NCBI GenBank assembly: GCA_018304165.1
Contig: JAGVWS010000011.1
Span: 1-49,233, forward strand
DNA from: Candidatus Pacearchaeota archaeon
Lineage (GTDB): Archaea; Nanobdellota; Nanobdellia; Pacearchaeales; GW2011-AR1
DNA: 49,233 nucleotides
Direction: 5' to 3'
The position numbers were made by a program, and so were the translations under genes. Each line of letters begins with the position of its first letter. The first letter of the stretch is position 1. The notes beneath the pieces were generated by a model that ran no database searches, was not told where the DNA came from, and saw nothing but the letters and a program-made list of their open reading frames with translations. Shown here in pieces: positions 39,554 to 47,616 of this stretch.

Positions 39554-39645
39554 TATAATGAGAGACCAAAATATTTTACCATGTTTTTTGTTCTCTCGAA
39601 TATAGCAACAGACAAAATGGTCAAATACTTAAGTCTGTTGCTATA
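39554..39645. mobile_element. Family-B composite hairpin (empty-site version)
   Basis: Near-identical to the 35472-35522 and 38505-38664 modules. Confidence 0.85.
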
Positions 39646-39688
39646 GTTTAAAATAACATACTTTAGATACAGGCTTTCTCAGCTATTC

Positions 39689-39790
39689 TCATAACCCATA
39701 CTCTTCTAATCTCTTAGCTATAACTCTTGATGTTAAACGCCTTTTATCTAGAATTATTGGATAAATATCCTGCATTATGTGTTGATTGGT
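39689..39790 (-). repeat. Orphan 3' end of response-regulator gene, copy 3
   Basis: Encodes HIMQDIYPIILDKRRLTSRVIAKRLEEYGL-stop. Confidence 0.85.
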
Positions 39791-39798
39791 TCTGATTT

Positions 39799-40080
39799 TT
39801 ATCTTCTCCAAAAGATCTTATCATGATGGTCAAAGTCAACAAATAAGATAAACATTTGAGCAATATCGACCGTGAAAGTCAGAACAAAACTCTTATCGAT
39901 ATGAACCTCTTTTAAATTACTCATATCATACTTCAAGTTTTTATAACGCTTAATAGTCTCATAATCATTATTAATTATCTCCCTGATCTTCTTATTAATT
40001 ATCTCCGCTTTCTTCCTGTCTTTCTTAACAAGCTTTTTTATCTTTAGCTTTAATTTATCAGTCAAATCAAAAGAAAACAT
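39799..40080 (-). CDS. RelE/YafQ-family toxin (start likely MFSFD at 40080)
   Basis: YKNLKY......VHID.SFVL.F......F.DFDHHD.I. Confidence 0.85.
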   Translation of the reverse strand: MFSFDLTDKLKLKIKKLVKKDRKKAEIINKKIREIINNDYETIKRYKNLKYDMSNLKEVHIDKSFVLTFTVDIAQMFILFVDFDHHDKIFWRR

Positions 40081-40352
40081 CAAACCTCGCAAAGAGAATC
40101 AAGCTGCTCAAGAGTCATTTTGCGACTCTTATGACTCTTCATATGCTTATTAATAACCTCTAAGACCTCTTTAACATAATCTTCTCTAGCTTCTTCATTA
40201 ATCAAGTCGTGGCCATGAATTTCTAAAAACTTATTAATGGCTTCAGACTTATCCTTAAAATTATATTTAGCCTTCACAACATTTATTATTCTGTTAGCTT
40301 GAGGAGTCAATTCAATTCTGGCAGATATGCTTTCTTGTGATTCCATATGCAT
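40080..40352 (-). CDS. Antitoxin (DUF2683-like)
   Basis: NRIINVVKAKY.FKDKSEAIN; directly upstream of the RelE-like toxin. Confidence 0.8.
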   Translation of the reverse strand: MHMESQESISARIELTPQANRIINVVKAKYNFKDKSEAINKFLEIHGHDLINEEAREDYVKEVLEVINKHMKSHKSRKMTLEQLDSLCEV

Positions 40353-40395
40353 ATGATATGCATATTGAGTATTTAAGGCTTTCGCTCCAGACGCG

Positions 40396-40500
40396 TTACA
40401 ATCCGTACTTTTTCAGTCTTTTAACTATGAGTCTTGGTGACAGACGACTTTTATCGGGTATAATGGGATAAATGTCATTCATTATTCTATCATTTTGGGT
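40396..40500 (-). repeat. Orphan 3' end of response-regulator gene, copy 2
   Basis: Encodes TQNDRIMNDIYPIIPDKSRLSPRLIVKRLKKYGL-stop. Confidence 0.85.
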
Positions 40501-40580
40501 AAATATATAAAAACTCATTCTAATAAAAAATAGAGCAGAATCTTAGGGATTAAGAATATCCTTTAGGTTAAACTGGTTTA

Positions 40581-40892
40581 TTAAACAGCGGTGTTAATCT
40601 CTTTTTCAGAACCTTTAATCAAATTCCAATCCATTTTTATTAATTGCCTTACAGCAGGGTTTTGTGTATTTAACTTGTAAAGGTCTGATTTTCCGATTCT
40701 TCTTGTTTTTATAACTATCTTGTTCATTTCTAATCTACTCCAAAATGTTTGAAGAGTGGAGTAACTAACTTCAGACTTTCTAGCTATTTCAGTCAAGGGA
40801 TAATCAAACAACTGGAAGCTTATAAGAAAATCTAGAACTTTCATTACGGGATTTGATCCGAATACCTGAATCAAGGGAGTTTCATTTTCCAT
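40581..40892 (-). CDS. Winged-helix DNA-binding protein
   Basis: FG..P..KVLDFL....FDY..TEIA..S.VS..T; TR.IGK..LYKLN. Confidence 0.8.
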   Translation of the reverse strand: MENETPLIQVFGSNPVMKVLDFLISFQLFDYPLTEIARKSEVSYSTLQTFWSRLEMNKIVIKTRRIGKSDLYKLNTQNPAVRQLIKMDWNLIKGSEKEINTAV

Positions 40893-40988
40893 ATTGTTTA
40901 ATGGAGATAGGGATATATAAATGTTTTGGTTAATGTTTTTATATTACAATATTAGAAACATTTAAATATATGCTGTATTTCTAAATTT

Positions 40989-41264
40989 ATGGAATTTAAT
41001 AGTGAAGATAAAATCAAAGCAACTATTCTTTATCATTTGAGAAGAAAGAAGGTTATTGGCGGGGTTCATACTCCTATGGATACTTTAAGAAGAGGTTTTC
41101 CTTCTCATGCTGGGAAAGAAGTTGATAGGGCTGCTAAAGAATTAATCAAGCAGGGATTTTTGTTAACTAAGCCCACCAATCAAGGACTTCATGTGATGTT
41201 AAACAAAGACAGACTGATAAAGATTGAAGAGTTTATCAAGAAAGTTTTGGGCCATGAGTTTTGA
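40989..41264 (+). CDS. Small winged-helix-like hypothetical protein
   Basis: IGG.HT...L..GFP.H....V.....LIK.GFL..KPT; divergent from the wHTH gene, own TATA. Confidence 0.7.
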   Translation: MEFNSEDKIKATILYHLRRKKVIGGVHTPMDTLRRGFPSHAGKEVDRAAKELIKQGFLLTKPTNQGLHVMLNKDRLIKIEEFIKKVLGHEF

Positions 41265-41289
41265 ATAGTTATTGCGTTGCTAAAAGAAT

Positions 41290-41846
41290 TCATAATCCAT
41301 ACTCCTCAAGCCTCTTAGCTATAACCTTTGATGTTAATCGCTTTTTATCAAGTATTATTGGATAAATGTCTTTCATAATCCTATCATTTTGAGCAAAATC
41401 TGCAACTATTGACATGTCAAGAATCTTGGACTCCGATTCTTGAGCATGCTCAAAATGTCAAGAACATTAGTTCTTGAGCACATTCAAAATGTCAAGAATT
41501 TACAATTCTTGAGCACAGTCAAGGATTAACATCCTTGATGATTAACATTTTTGATGACTAAGACAAGTTTTTGACACTCCAACTCTCAAGCAATCAGGAT
41601 TGGCTTGAGCAATCCATCTCGCAGAGATTATAGCATCAGCCTTCCATGAATCACTATTCAAATCAAAATCAACTACGGCTAATTGCTAAACATTGCTCAC
41701 GAGCTTCGCTCTCAACTCTTTTTCAGACGAAACAAGGTCTGCTCTCAATGAATAATCCTTTAAAGCTTCTCTAAAAACTTTAGATAATTCCTGCTGATGC
41801 CGAGGCTCGTCTTCAACAATAATAACAGAAAGAGAGAGCGGGTCAT
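41290..41846 (-). pseudogene. Single-domain response regulator (CheY-like receiver) pseudogene
   Basis: SVIIVEDE...QLAVVDFDL...VGVS[insertion]IVADF...ILDKK; 2-nt frameshift near the start, TAG at 41686-88, 162-bp hairpin insertion. Confidence 0.8.
41409..41576. mobile_element. Family-A tandem hairpin array with 6-bp TTGACA duplication
   Basis: 3-4 units of ATGTCAAGA-loop-TCTTGAGCA; removal restores GTG TCA ATA GTT (V-S-I-V). Confidence 0.85.
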
Positions 41847-43096
41847 TTTGATTTTAAAAGCCACTTCCAAACAGGTATTATCTTTATTTTTTTTCCATCT
41901 ATTTTTATTTCTTCTTCCTGATCTAATGTTAAGATGAGGCCTTCAGAAAGGCCATATTTCTGCATGGAATCCAACAATCCTTCAATTTCTCTATTTTTAG
42001 TGGCAGGATTGTTAAGGTTTGTCGATACTTGTATAGCTTGAGTTATTTTCAAGCCCCTTTTTATTACAAAATCGCATTCTCTTTTTTCAAGATGATAATA
42101 GACATCTAAACCATGCTTAACTAACTCTATAAAAACTAAATTTTCCAGCCTTTTTCCTTCATTTTCAGTAAAATTAAAAGCCACCGTTCTTAAGAAACTA
42201 TTATCCATGACATAAAATTTTGATGATGATACCTTCTGTTTCTTTATTGAGTAATCGAACTTAGTTATTGTTGATGCAATAAACACGTTTTTTAAGTATT
42301 CAATATATTTCTTTATCATGCTTAAACTCTTTATACTTGATACTTGTTTCAAAGTAGCATAAGAATATGTTCTGCTGACATTAGAGAAAAGATAAAGGAT
42401 TAAATCATTCAGCTCTTTTACTTTTCTTATGTTATATCTCTTTATTATATCTTTGTTTATTATATCTTCAAAGTATTGTTTGGACAGGCTTAGATCGTCA
42501 TTTTTAATAATTAAAGGAAATCCGCCGGTCTTAAAGTATTCATTAAATGCCTTAAAGACTTCTACTCTCTCGCTCGTGGTCTTGTATTCCGGATTTATTT
42601 TTTTTAGTTTTAAAAATTCTCTGAAAGAGAAGGGCAACAGCTTTATTATTTTATTTCTGCCAGTCAAAAAAGTTGATATCTCAGAACTCAACAGATTTGA
42701 ATTTGAACCAGTAACGAACACCTTGATTTTTTTTGCATAAAGATTATTTACCCATCTTTCCCACGATTTAGCATCCTGTATTTCATCAAGAAAATAAACG
42801 ACTTCCTCTTTCCCATATTTTTCCGCTACTATCTCCTCAATATGAGAAAAATTTTCAATATTAAAATCTGAGAATTTTATATCATCAAAACTCAAGTAAA
42901 ATAACTTCTGTTTAATATTTTTAGATATTATTTTTAGGAGTGAGCTTTTCCCGCATCTTCTTATACCCGTTATAATAACAATCTCATTGCCTTTTAGAAA
43001 TTCATCTATAGAAATTTCCCGATCAATAAGATTGTCCATCTTTCTAAAAAGTTCTTGTTGGTCATTAATTACTTCTCTTAGCTTGTCTTTTTCCAT
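41843..43096 (-). CDS. AAA+ superfamily ATPase (AAA_14/DUF4143 type)
   Basis: GIRRCGKS, FLDEIQ, VTGSNS, GGFP, ENLVF, ECDF...IQV. Confidence 0.9.
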   Translation of the reverse strand: MEKDKLREVINDQQELFRKMDNLIDREISIDEFLKGNEIVIITGIRRCGKSSLLKIISKNIKQKLFYLSFDDIKFSDFNIENFSHIEEIVAEKYGKEEVVYFLDEIQDAKSWERWVNNLYAKKIKVFVTGSNSNLLSSEISTFLTGRNKIIKLLPFSFREFLKLKKINPEYKTTSERVEVFKAFNEYFKTGGFPLIIKNDDLSLSKQYFEDIINKDIIKRYNIRKVKELNDLILYLFSNVSRTYSYATLKQVSSIKSLSMIKKYIEYLKNVFIASTITKFDYSIKKQKVSSSKFYVMDNSFLRTVAFNFTENEGKRLENLVFIELVKHGLDVYYHLEKRECDFVIKRGLKITQAIQVSTNLNNPATKNREIEGLLDSMQKYGLSEGLILTLDQEEEIKIDGKKIKIIPVWKWLLKSK

Positions 43097-43228
43097 AGCT
43101 TTTGCAAGATTTTCTTCTTTATAAACCTTTCTTTTCTATTTAATAAGGCTTTATAAATATATGTTAAACAGTAAAGAAAGGTATTCTGTTTAAATTAGTA
43201 GAAGCTTTTATTGAATCAGCAATTCACG

Positions 43229-43279
43229 TTAATGCTTTAGGTCATCTTCAACAATAATGATGGAGAGGGAGCGGGTCAT
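43229..43279 (-). repeat. Orphan 5' end of the response-regulator gene
   Basis: MTRSLSIIIVEDDLKH-stop; direct repeat of 41810-41846. Confidence 0.85.
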
Positions 43280-43641
43280 CTTCTTTTCCTTTTTGATAAA
43301 ATTGGTGTATAACATGTGTCTTCTCTCAAGGTCCTTGGATTTCCGCTATCTATATATTTCCTAAAGGTCATACTAAAATATCTATCCTCCGCCTCACCAT
43401 GACCAGCATAAGTTACTCTAGTTACTCTTCCTGGACCGTATGGATGACGGCCCATGAAGCATCTTACTTCAAACCTTGGGAACCTTCCGTTACTATCACA
43501 CCTAGACAAAATTTTAACGAGACAATTATTAGCTGAATCTTCATATTCTTCACTCTCTAATCTTCCGGACTTATAGGTTATTGATTGTCTATGAAAAACG
43601 GTTGAAGGACATTTAACTTGGAGGAGTGTTTTTGAAGTCAT
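43276..43641 (-). CDS. Hypothetical protein
   Basis: 121 aa, ATGA-coupled. Confidence 0.65.
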   Translation of the reverse strand: MTSKTLLQVKCPSTVFHRQSITYKSGRLESEEYEDSANNCLVKILSRCDSNGRFPRFEVRCFMGRHPYGPGRVTRVTYAGHGEAEDRYFSMTFRKYIDSGNPRTLREDTCYTPILSKRKRR

Positions 43642-43925
43642 CTTCTCTTTCCTTCAAATTTTTTTCTATACTCTTCTCTCAACCCGGAAAAATCTTCTCC
43701 GCTGTTTATCCTATCAAAATAATCATAGCATTCTTCCAAAGTCGTCCGTCTTCTGCAGCCTTTATCAAGAGCTACCCCAAATGCTACACCCTCGGCAGCT
43801 ATATAGTGCCATAATCCATAATTGGCTCTTCCGCGAAGTATATTCCAGCCAATGGTTCTCGTTATAAATAACTCTTCTAAATAACCAATATTTTTATGCC
43901 TAAGAACACCATGTATAGAAGTCAT
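43638..43925 (-). CDS. Hypothetical protein
   Basis: 95 aa, RBS, ATGA-coupled downstream. Confidence 0.65.
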   Translation of the reverse strand: MTSIHGVLRHKNIGYLEELFITRTIGWNILRGRANYGLWHYIAAEGVAFGVALDKGCRRRTTLEECYDYFDRINSGEDFSGLREEYRKKFEGKRR

Positions 43926-43937
43926 TTTCTTTCCCCC

Positions 43938-45209
43938 TTAAAAATTATAACTTACCGCTAGAGCACCAGAAATTGTGCCCCTAGCATCTTCAGGTTTAGT
44001 ATAGCGAATGCCAAGATGAACAGCCCAGGACTCATTACCATTCTTATCCTTGCCACCGCTAAGCAGAGTGGTATGATATTCTAGGTTACTGACGTCGCTG
44101 TTAGAACTCTGGTTATCAAGATAAGAAGTCCTTCCAATCTGGAATTTGTTATGGGTGAGGAAGTTATGACTAATATCTCCAAGGCCGACAGCTATGTCAG
44201 TCTTTAATGTTCTGTCGCTTATCCCTGGATTAGAATACTTAATATCAAAGCTGAACTTTCCGGCTTCTCCGCTATTTGAAGCTGCAGCTCCGAAGAAATC
44301 AAACTTGAATGGATCACTGCCAATGCCAAAAGGGAATGTAGCATCACCGTCGCCAGCAAGGAAGCCAGTAATGGAATTGAATAATGTGTCCTGGACACCA
44401 TTAACAAAAGCACCACCGGGAGTTTTATCACCAAATCTAATCCTAGCTTCAAGTCCATTATTTAAACCCTCACCATTCTCAAAAATTTTAGCATGAGCCC
44501 AAACCTTATAACCCTCGAGAGCACCACTACCCCACTTATTATGAGCAGAGATATTGAAAGTATCTAAATCATTAATTCTATGACCACCAACAGCAATGCC
44601 TGAATTCTCGCTTGTGTTCCAGATAAGAGCATAACCAAAATTGCCCTCACTATCAAGAGTGAATTGGGGCCTGACATTATCCTTGTCCTTTAAAACATCA
44701 GAAAATTTCAGTCCAATAGCGCCAGCAATACGATCATCAAGAGGCTTGGCTAAGTCCTGAACTTCAAGATTCCAGAAGTCAAGCCACTTGCTATCTTTAT
44801 AAGATTTTTCAATGAGAGCGCGGCTGTTTGTATCACCAGAACTCTTAATCTCTTCAGTACCAGCATTAAATCTGAAGCCTGCTAAATCATTGTAAATTTC
44901 ACCAAGAGCCAAATCAGCACCAGTTATTCTGGAGTCGCCTTCGTCCCTGAAAGCAAGCTTTCCAAAGCCATTGCTGACAATAACATGAGATTGAAGATTA
45001 CCATGACCATCAGAATAGCCCCTGGTAAGAATATTAATTGGGCCGCCAGCTCTTTCAACGGCAGGAGCCTGCTCAATAGCAGCCTCTAAATCAGACTGCT
45101 CCTTGATAATTTCGTCGTCATCAGCGAGAGCAAGAGCACCAACGGCGTAAGGCATGACAGCAGCACTAAGAGCGGCAGCGTTAGCGATTTTTTTGAATTT
45201 GTTTGTCAT
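43938..45209 (-). CDS. Secreted beta-strand-rich, porin-like protein (start likely MTNK at 45209)
   Basis: Sec signal ending ALA; many amphipathic strands; C-terminus ISGALAVSYNF. Confidence 0.6.
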   Translation of the reverse strand: MTNKFKKIANAAALSAAVMPYAVGALALADDDEIIKEQSDLEAAIEQAPAVERAGGPINILTRGYSDGHGNLQSHVIVSNGFGKLAFRDEGDSRITGADLALGEIYNDLAGFRFNAGTEEIKSSGDTNSRALIEKSYKDSKWLDFWNLEVQDLAKPLDDRIAGAIGLKFSDVLKDKDNVRPQFTLDSEGNFGYALIWNTSENSGIAVGGHRINDLDTFNISAHNKWGSGALEGYKVWAHAKIFENGEGLNNGLEARIRFGDKTPGGAFVNGVQDTLFNSITGFLAGDGDATFPFGIGSDPFKFDFFGAAASNSGEAGKFSFDIKYSNPGISDRTLKTDIAVGLGDISHNFLTHNKFQIGRTSYLDNQSSNSDVSNLEYHTTLLSGGKDKNGNESWAVHLGIRYTKPEDARGTISGALAVSYNF

Positions 45210-45336
45210 TTTGTTTGTCTTCCTCATCATCTCATGGCTTGTTGTAACCACTTCATGATAACAGGATATCAGAAAAATCACAATATAAACATTTCCATTA
45301 AACTATATAAATTAGTATAAATCTATATATATTTTA

Positions 45337-45350
45337 GAAAAGTTTAAATA
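45337..45350 (+). promoter_or_regulatory. BRE+TATA promoter of AbrB-PhoU gene 2
   Basis: GAAAAG TTTAAATA, 21 nt before the ATG. Confidence 0.7.
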
Positions 45351-45371
45351 GTACCTCTTTTTTAACGCTCT

Positions 45372-46259
45372 ATGAAGAGAAAATTAGTTCAGCAGGGCGC
45401 CAGCACTTTAATGATTAGCCTGCCTTCAAAATGGGCCAAGCAGTTTAATTTAAAGAAGGGCGATGAAGTTGACATTAATGAAAAGGATAAACTGCTTATT
45501 ATAGCAAAAGAGAGCACCAGCGGAGATAAAAAAACAGCTAAAATTGATGTTTCATCATGGCATCCGCTTATTAATCGCTTGTTATTATCTTATTTCCTCA
45601 AAGGATATGATGAAGTTGAGATTCATTATTCCAATCATGAGCAGGTGAAAAGGTTCCAAAAGGATATCCTAACAACCGAATTATTGGGGTGGGAAGTTAT
45701 CAAGCAGAGTCCCGGAGTATTGGTTGTCAAGGACTTGACCGCTGGAGAAATGGGAAATACTGATGACGTTTTAAAGAGGCTGTTCTTCATGCTTGATAAT
45801 ATGTGCGGAGAACTTATTGAAAGCCTTGAGAAGAAACATGATGCAGGGGTTATTGAAAGCGACAAAGTAATTAATAGATTTGTTTACTACTGCTTAAGGC
45901 TTTTGAACAAAAAAGGATATAAAGAATATGATAAAACTTCGCAGGTTTACAGCATAATAACACTTGTTGAAGAAACCGGCGACTTATTCAAGGACATTGC
46001 AAAGAAGAAGTTCAAAGCAATGAAGGATGACCTTGCTGCGCTTAAAGATATAAAAAACTCGTTCGCATTATTCAAAGAGGCATTCTTTAATTTCACCCGC
46101 GAGGTTGAGATAAAGCTCGCTCACAATTACGAAAAAATAAAAAAAGAAATTCATCCTAAGAGCGAGATTGACTCATACCTTCACGCTATAAATGGCAACA
46201 TAATAAGGATGAATAATGAGCTAATGATGATGAATGTTGGCTCTATTTCTGTTCATTAA
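45372..46259 (+). CDS. AbrB/SpoVT-PhoU phosphate-uptake-regulator-like protein (paralog 2)
   Basis: KRKLVQQG.STLMISLPSKW...LKKGDEV; KGYDE; LLGWEV; D..INRF..YCLR.LNK. Confidence 0.88.
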   Translation: MKRKLVQQGASTLMISLPSKWAKQFNLKKGDEVDINEKDKLLIIAKESTSGDKKTAKIDVSSWHPLINRLLLSYFLKGYDEVEIHYSNHEQVKRFQKDILTTELLGWEVIKQSPGVLVVKDLTAGEMGNTDDVLKRLFFMLDNMCGELIESLEKKHDAGVIESDKVINRFVYYCLRLLNKKGYKEYDKTSQVYSIITLVEETGDLFKDIAKKKFKAMKDDLAALKDIKNSFALFKEAFFNFTREVEIKLAHNYEKIKKEIHPKSEIDSYLHAINGNIIRMNNELMMMNVGSISVH

Positions 46260-46316
46260 TATAGACAATGGTCTCGTAAAAGTTCGCTTGAGCTTATTTA
46301 GAACGCTATAGTCTTA

Positions 46317-46330
46317 GAAAAGTTTATATA
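46317..46330 (+). promoter_or_regulatory. BRE+TATA promoter of MNT-HEPN module 2
   Basis: GAAAAG TTTATATA, 21 nt before the ATG. Confidence 0.7.
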
Positions 46331-46351
46331 GGGCTTATAATATTCATAATA

Positions 46352-46930
46352 ATGAAGAAATCAATTAAAGGCGTAAAAGTAGAAGAATTTGAGAGGGCTT
46401 ATAGGAAAACTTTGGCATGGTTCTTCGCCTTTCCAGAAAGAAAAACAGGACTTACAGAGCTTTCTAAACTAATCAAATCCTCAAAAACAGCTACTAAAGA
46501 AGCTGTAGAAACTCTGATTAACAATGAATTTATTAACAGAGAAATTGCAGGCAAGGCATGGATTCTATCAGCTAACGAAAGAAATAAGCACTTCCAAATC
46601 AAAAAAATTCCTTATCACTTGGATAAAATTTATGAATCGGGAGTCATAGAGGTTATTTATCAAATTATACCCCAGCCGAGAGCAATAGTTTTATTTGGAA
46701 GCTATAGGCATGGAGTTGATACTGAGGAAAGTGACTTGGACATCGCTGTGGAAGTCTTGGGAAATGAAGAGTTCCGGATAAGGAAGATTGTGGCTATTGA
46801 ACAATTGGGTTACAGAAAGAACATCCCTGTTAATATTCATATCTTTTCCAGGAATAAAATCGATATAAATTTATTTTCAAACATTGCCAACGGGATAGTG
46901 CTTGATGGATTCTTGGAGGTCAGGCCATGA
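46352..46930 (+). CDS. wHTH-MNT nucleotidyltransferase
   Basis: N-terminal HTH; LFGSYRHG.D.EESDLDIA; NIANGIVL.G. Confidence 0.88.
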   Translation: MKKSIKGVKVEEFERAYRKTLAWFFAFPERKTGLTELSKLIKSSKTATKEAVETLINNEFINREIAGKAWILSANERNKHFQIKKIPYHLDKIYESGVIEVIYQIIPQPRAIVLFGSYRHGVDTEESDLDIAVEVLGNEEFRIRKIVAIEQLGYRKNIPVNIHIFSRNKIDINLFSNIANGIVLDGFLEVRP

Positions 46931-47349
46931 GAACTAAATTTCCTGATAAGAAAAGGGCGTTGAGTGTTATCGCTGCTTCAGAAAAAGAAATGAAATACAC
47001 ACTTAATCTGCCAGTCAGTGAAGAGTCTGCATTTAATATCATAAGAAATATTTATGAATGCTTCAGAATGCTCGGAGACGCTCTATTAATATCCAGAGGC
47101 TTTGCTTCTGAAGACCACGCAGAGCAGGTAACAGAACTTCAATCAATACCTGTTAAAACTGATAGGCCTGTTAAGCTGATTGATTCGCTTAGAAAAATAC
47201 GCCATAACATAAATTATTATGGCTACATTCCATCAATAGCTGAAGCTGAAGATGCAATCTCAATAACTAAAGCATGCTATTACCAGTTATTAGAATCTAT
47301 TAAGAAAGAAATAAAAATGAAGGTGATTAGGAAATTTTCGCACCAATAA
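46927..47349 (+). CDS. HEPN-like protein
   Basis: YECFR....A....G....H; LRKIRHNINYYG. Confidence 0.8.
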   Translation: MRTKFPDKKRALSVIAASEKEMKYTLNLPVSEESAFNIIRNIYECFRMLGDALLISRGFASEDHAEQVTELQSIPVKTDRPVKLIDSLRKIRHNINYYGYIPSIAEAEDAISITKACYYQLLESIKKEIKMKVIRKFSHQ

Positions 47350-47616
47350 GTTACCTCAAAACCAGGAATAATCAACTAATATAGATAATTCCCTTGATTG
47401 TAGCACCTGTTTTAGAATTATCTATCACGGAAATTCTGGACAAATCTGTGCTACAATTACCAGAATTTACGATAGCTTGTAAAACGCTGCTCTAAGCTGC
47501 ATGCGGGTGTCTGATATATTAATTAATATCAAGAGGGTTGTTTATAATAATTATAAAGGCTATTGATAATAGTTATATTGAAACTTAGTGTGGATTTCCG
47601 CTGCTCACCAAATGAA

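Noticed and set aside
41409-41576. CRISPR array
   Set aside because: The variable parts are only 3-9 nt self-complementary loops, units total 33-38 bp, and there are no cas genes; it fits a hairpin repeat element better
18591-41576. Insertion lengths 54, 90 and 162 bp are all multiples of 18 (possible in-frame or intron-like behaviour)
   Set aside because: All introduce stop codons; other inserts (67, 93, 125 bp) break the pattern; no bulge-helix-bulge seen at the junctions
46220-47360. 3'-end duplication of the second AbrB-PhoU gene around MNT-HEPN module 2
   Set aside because: Looked for by analogy with 30569/31734, but no convincing nucleotide repeat was found
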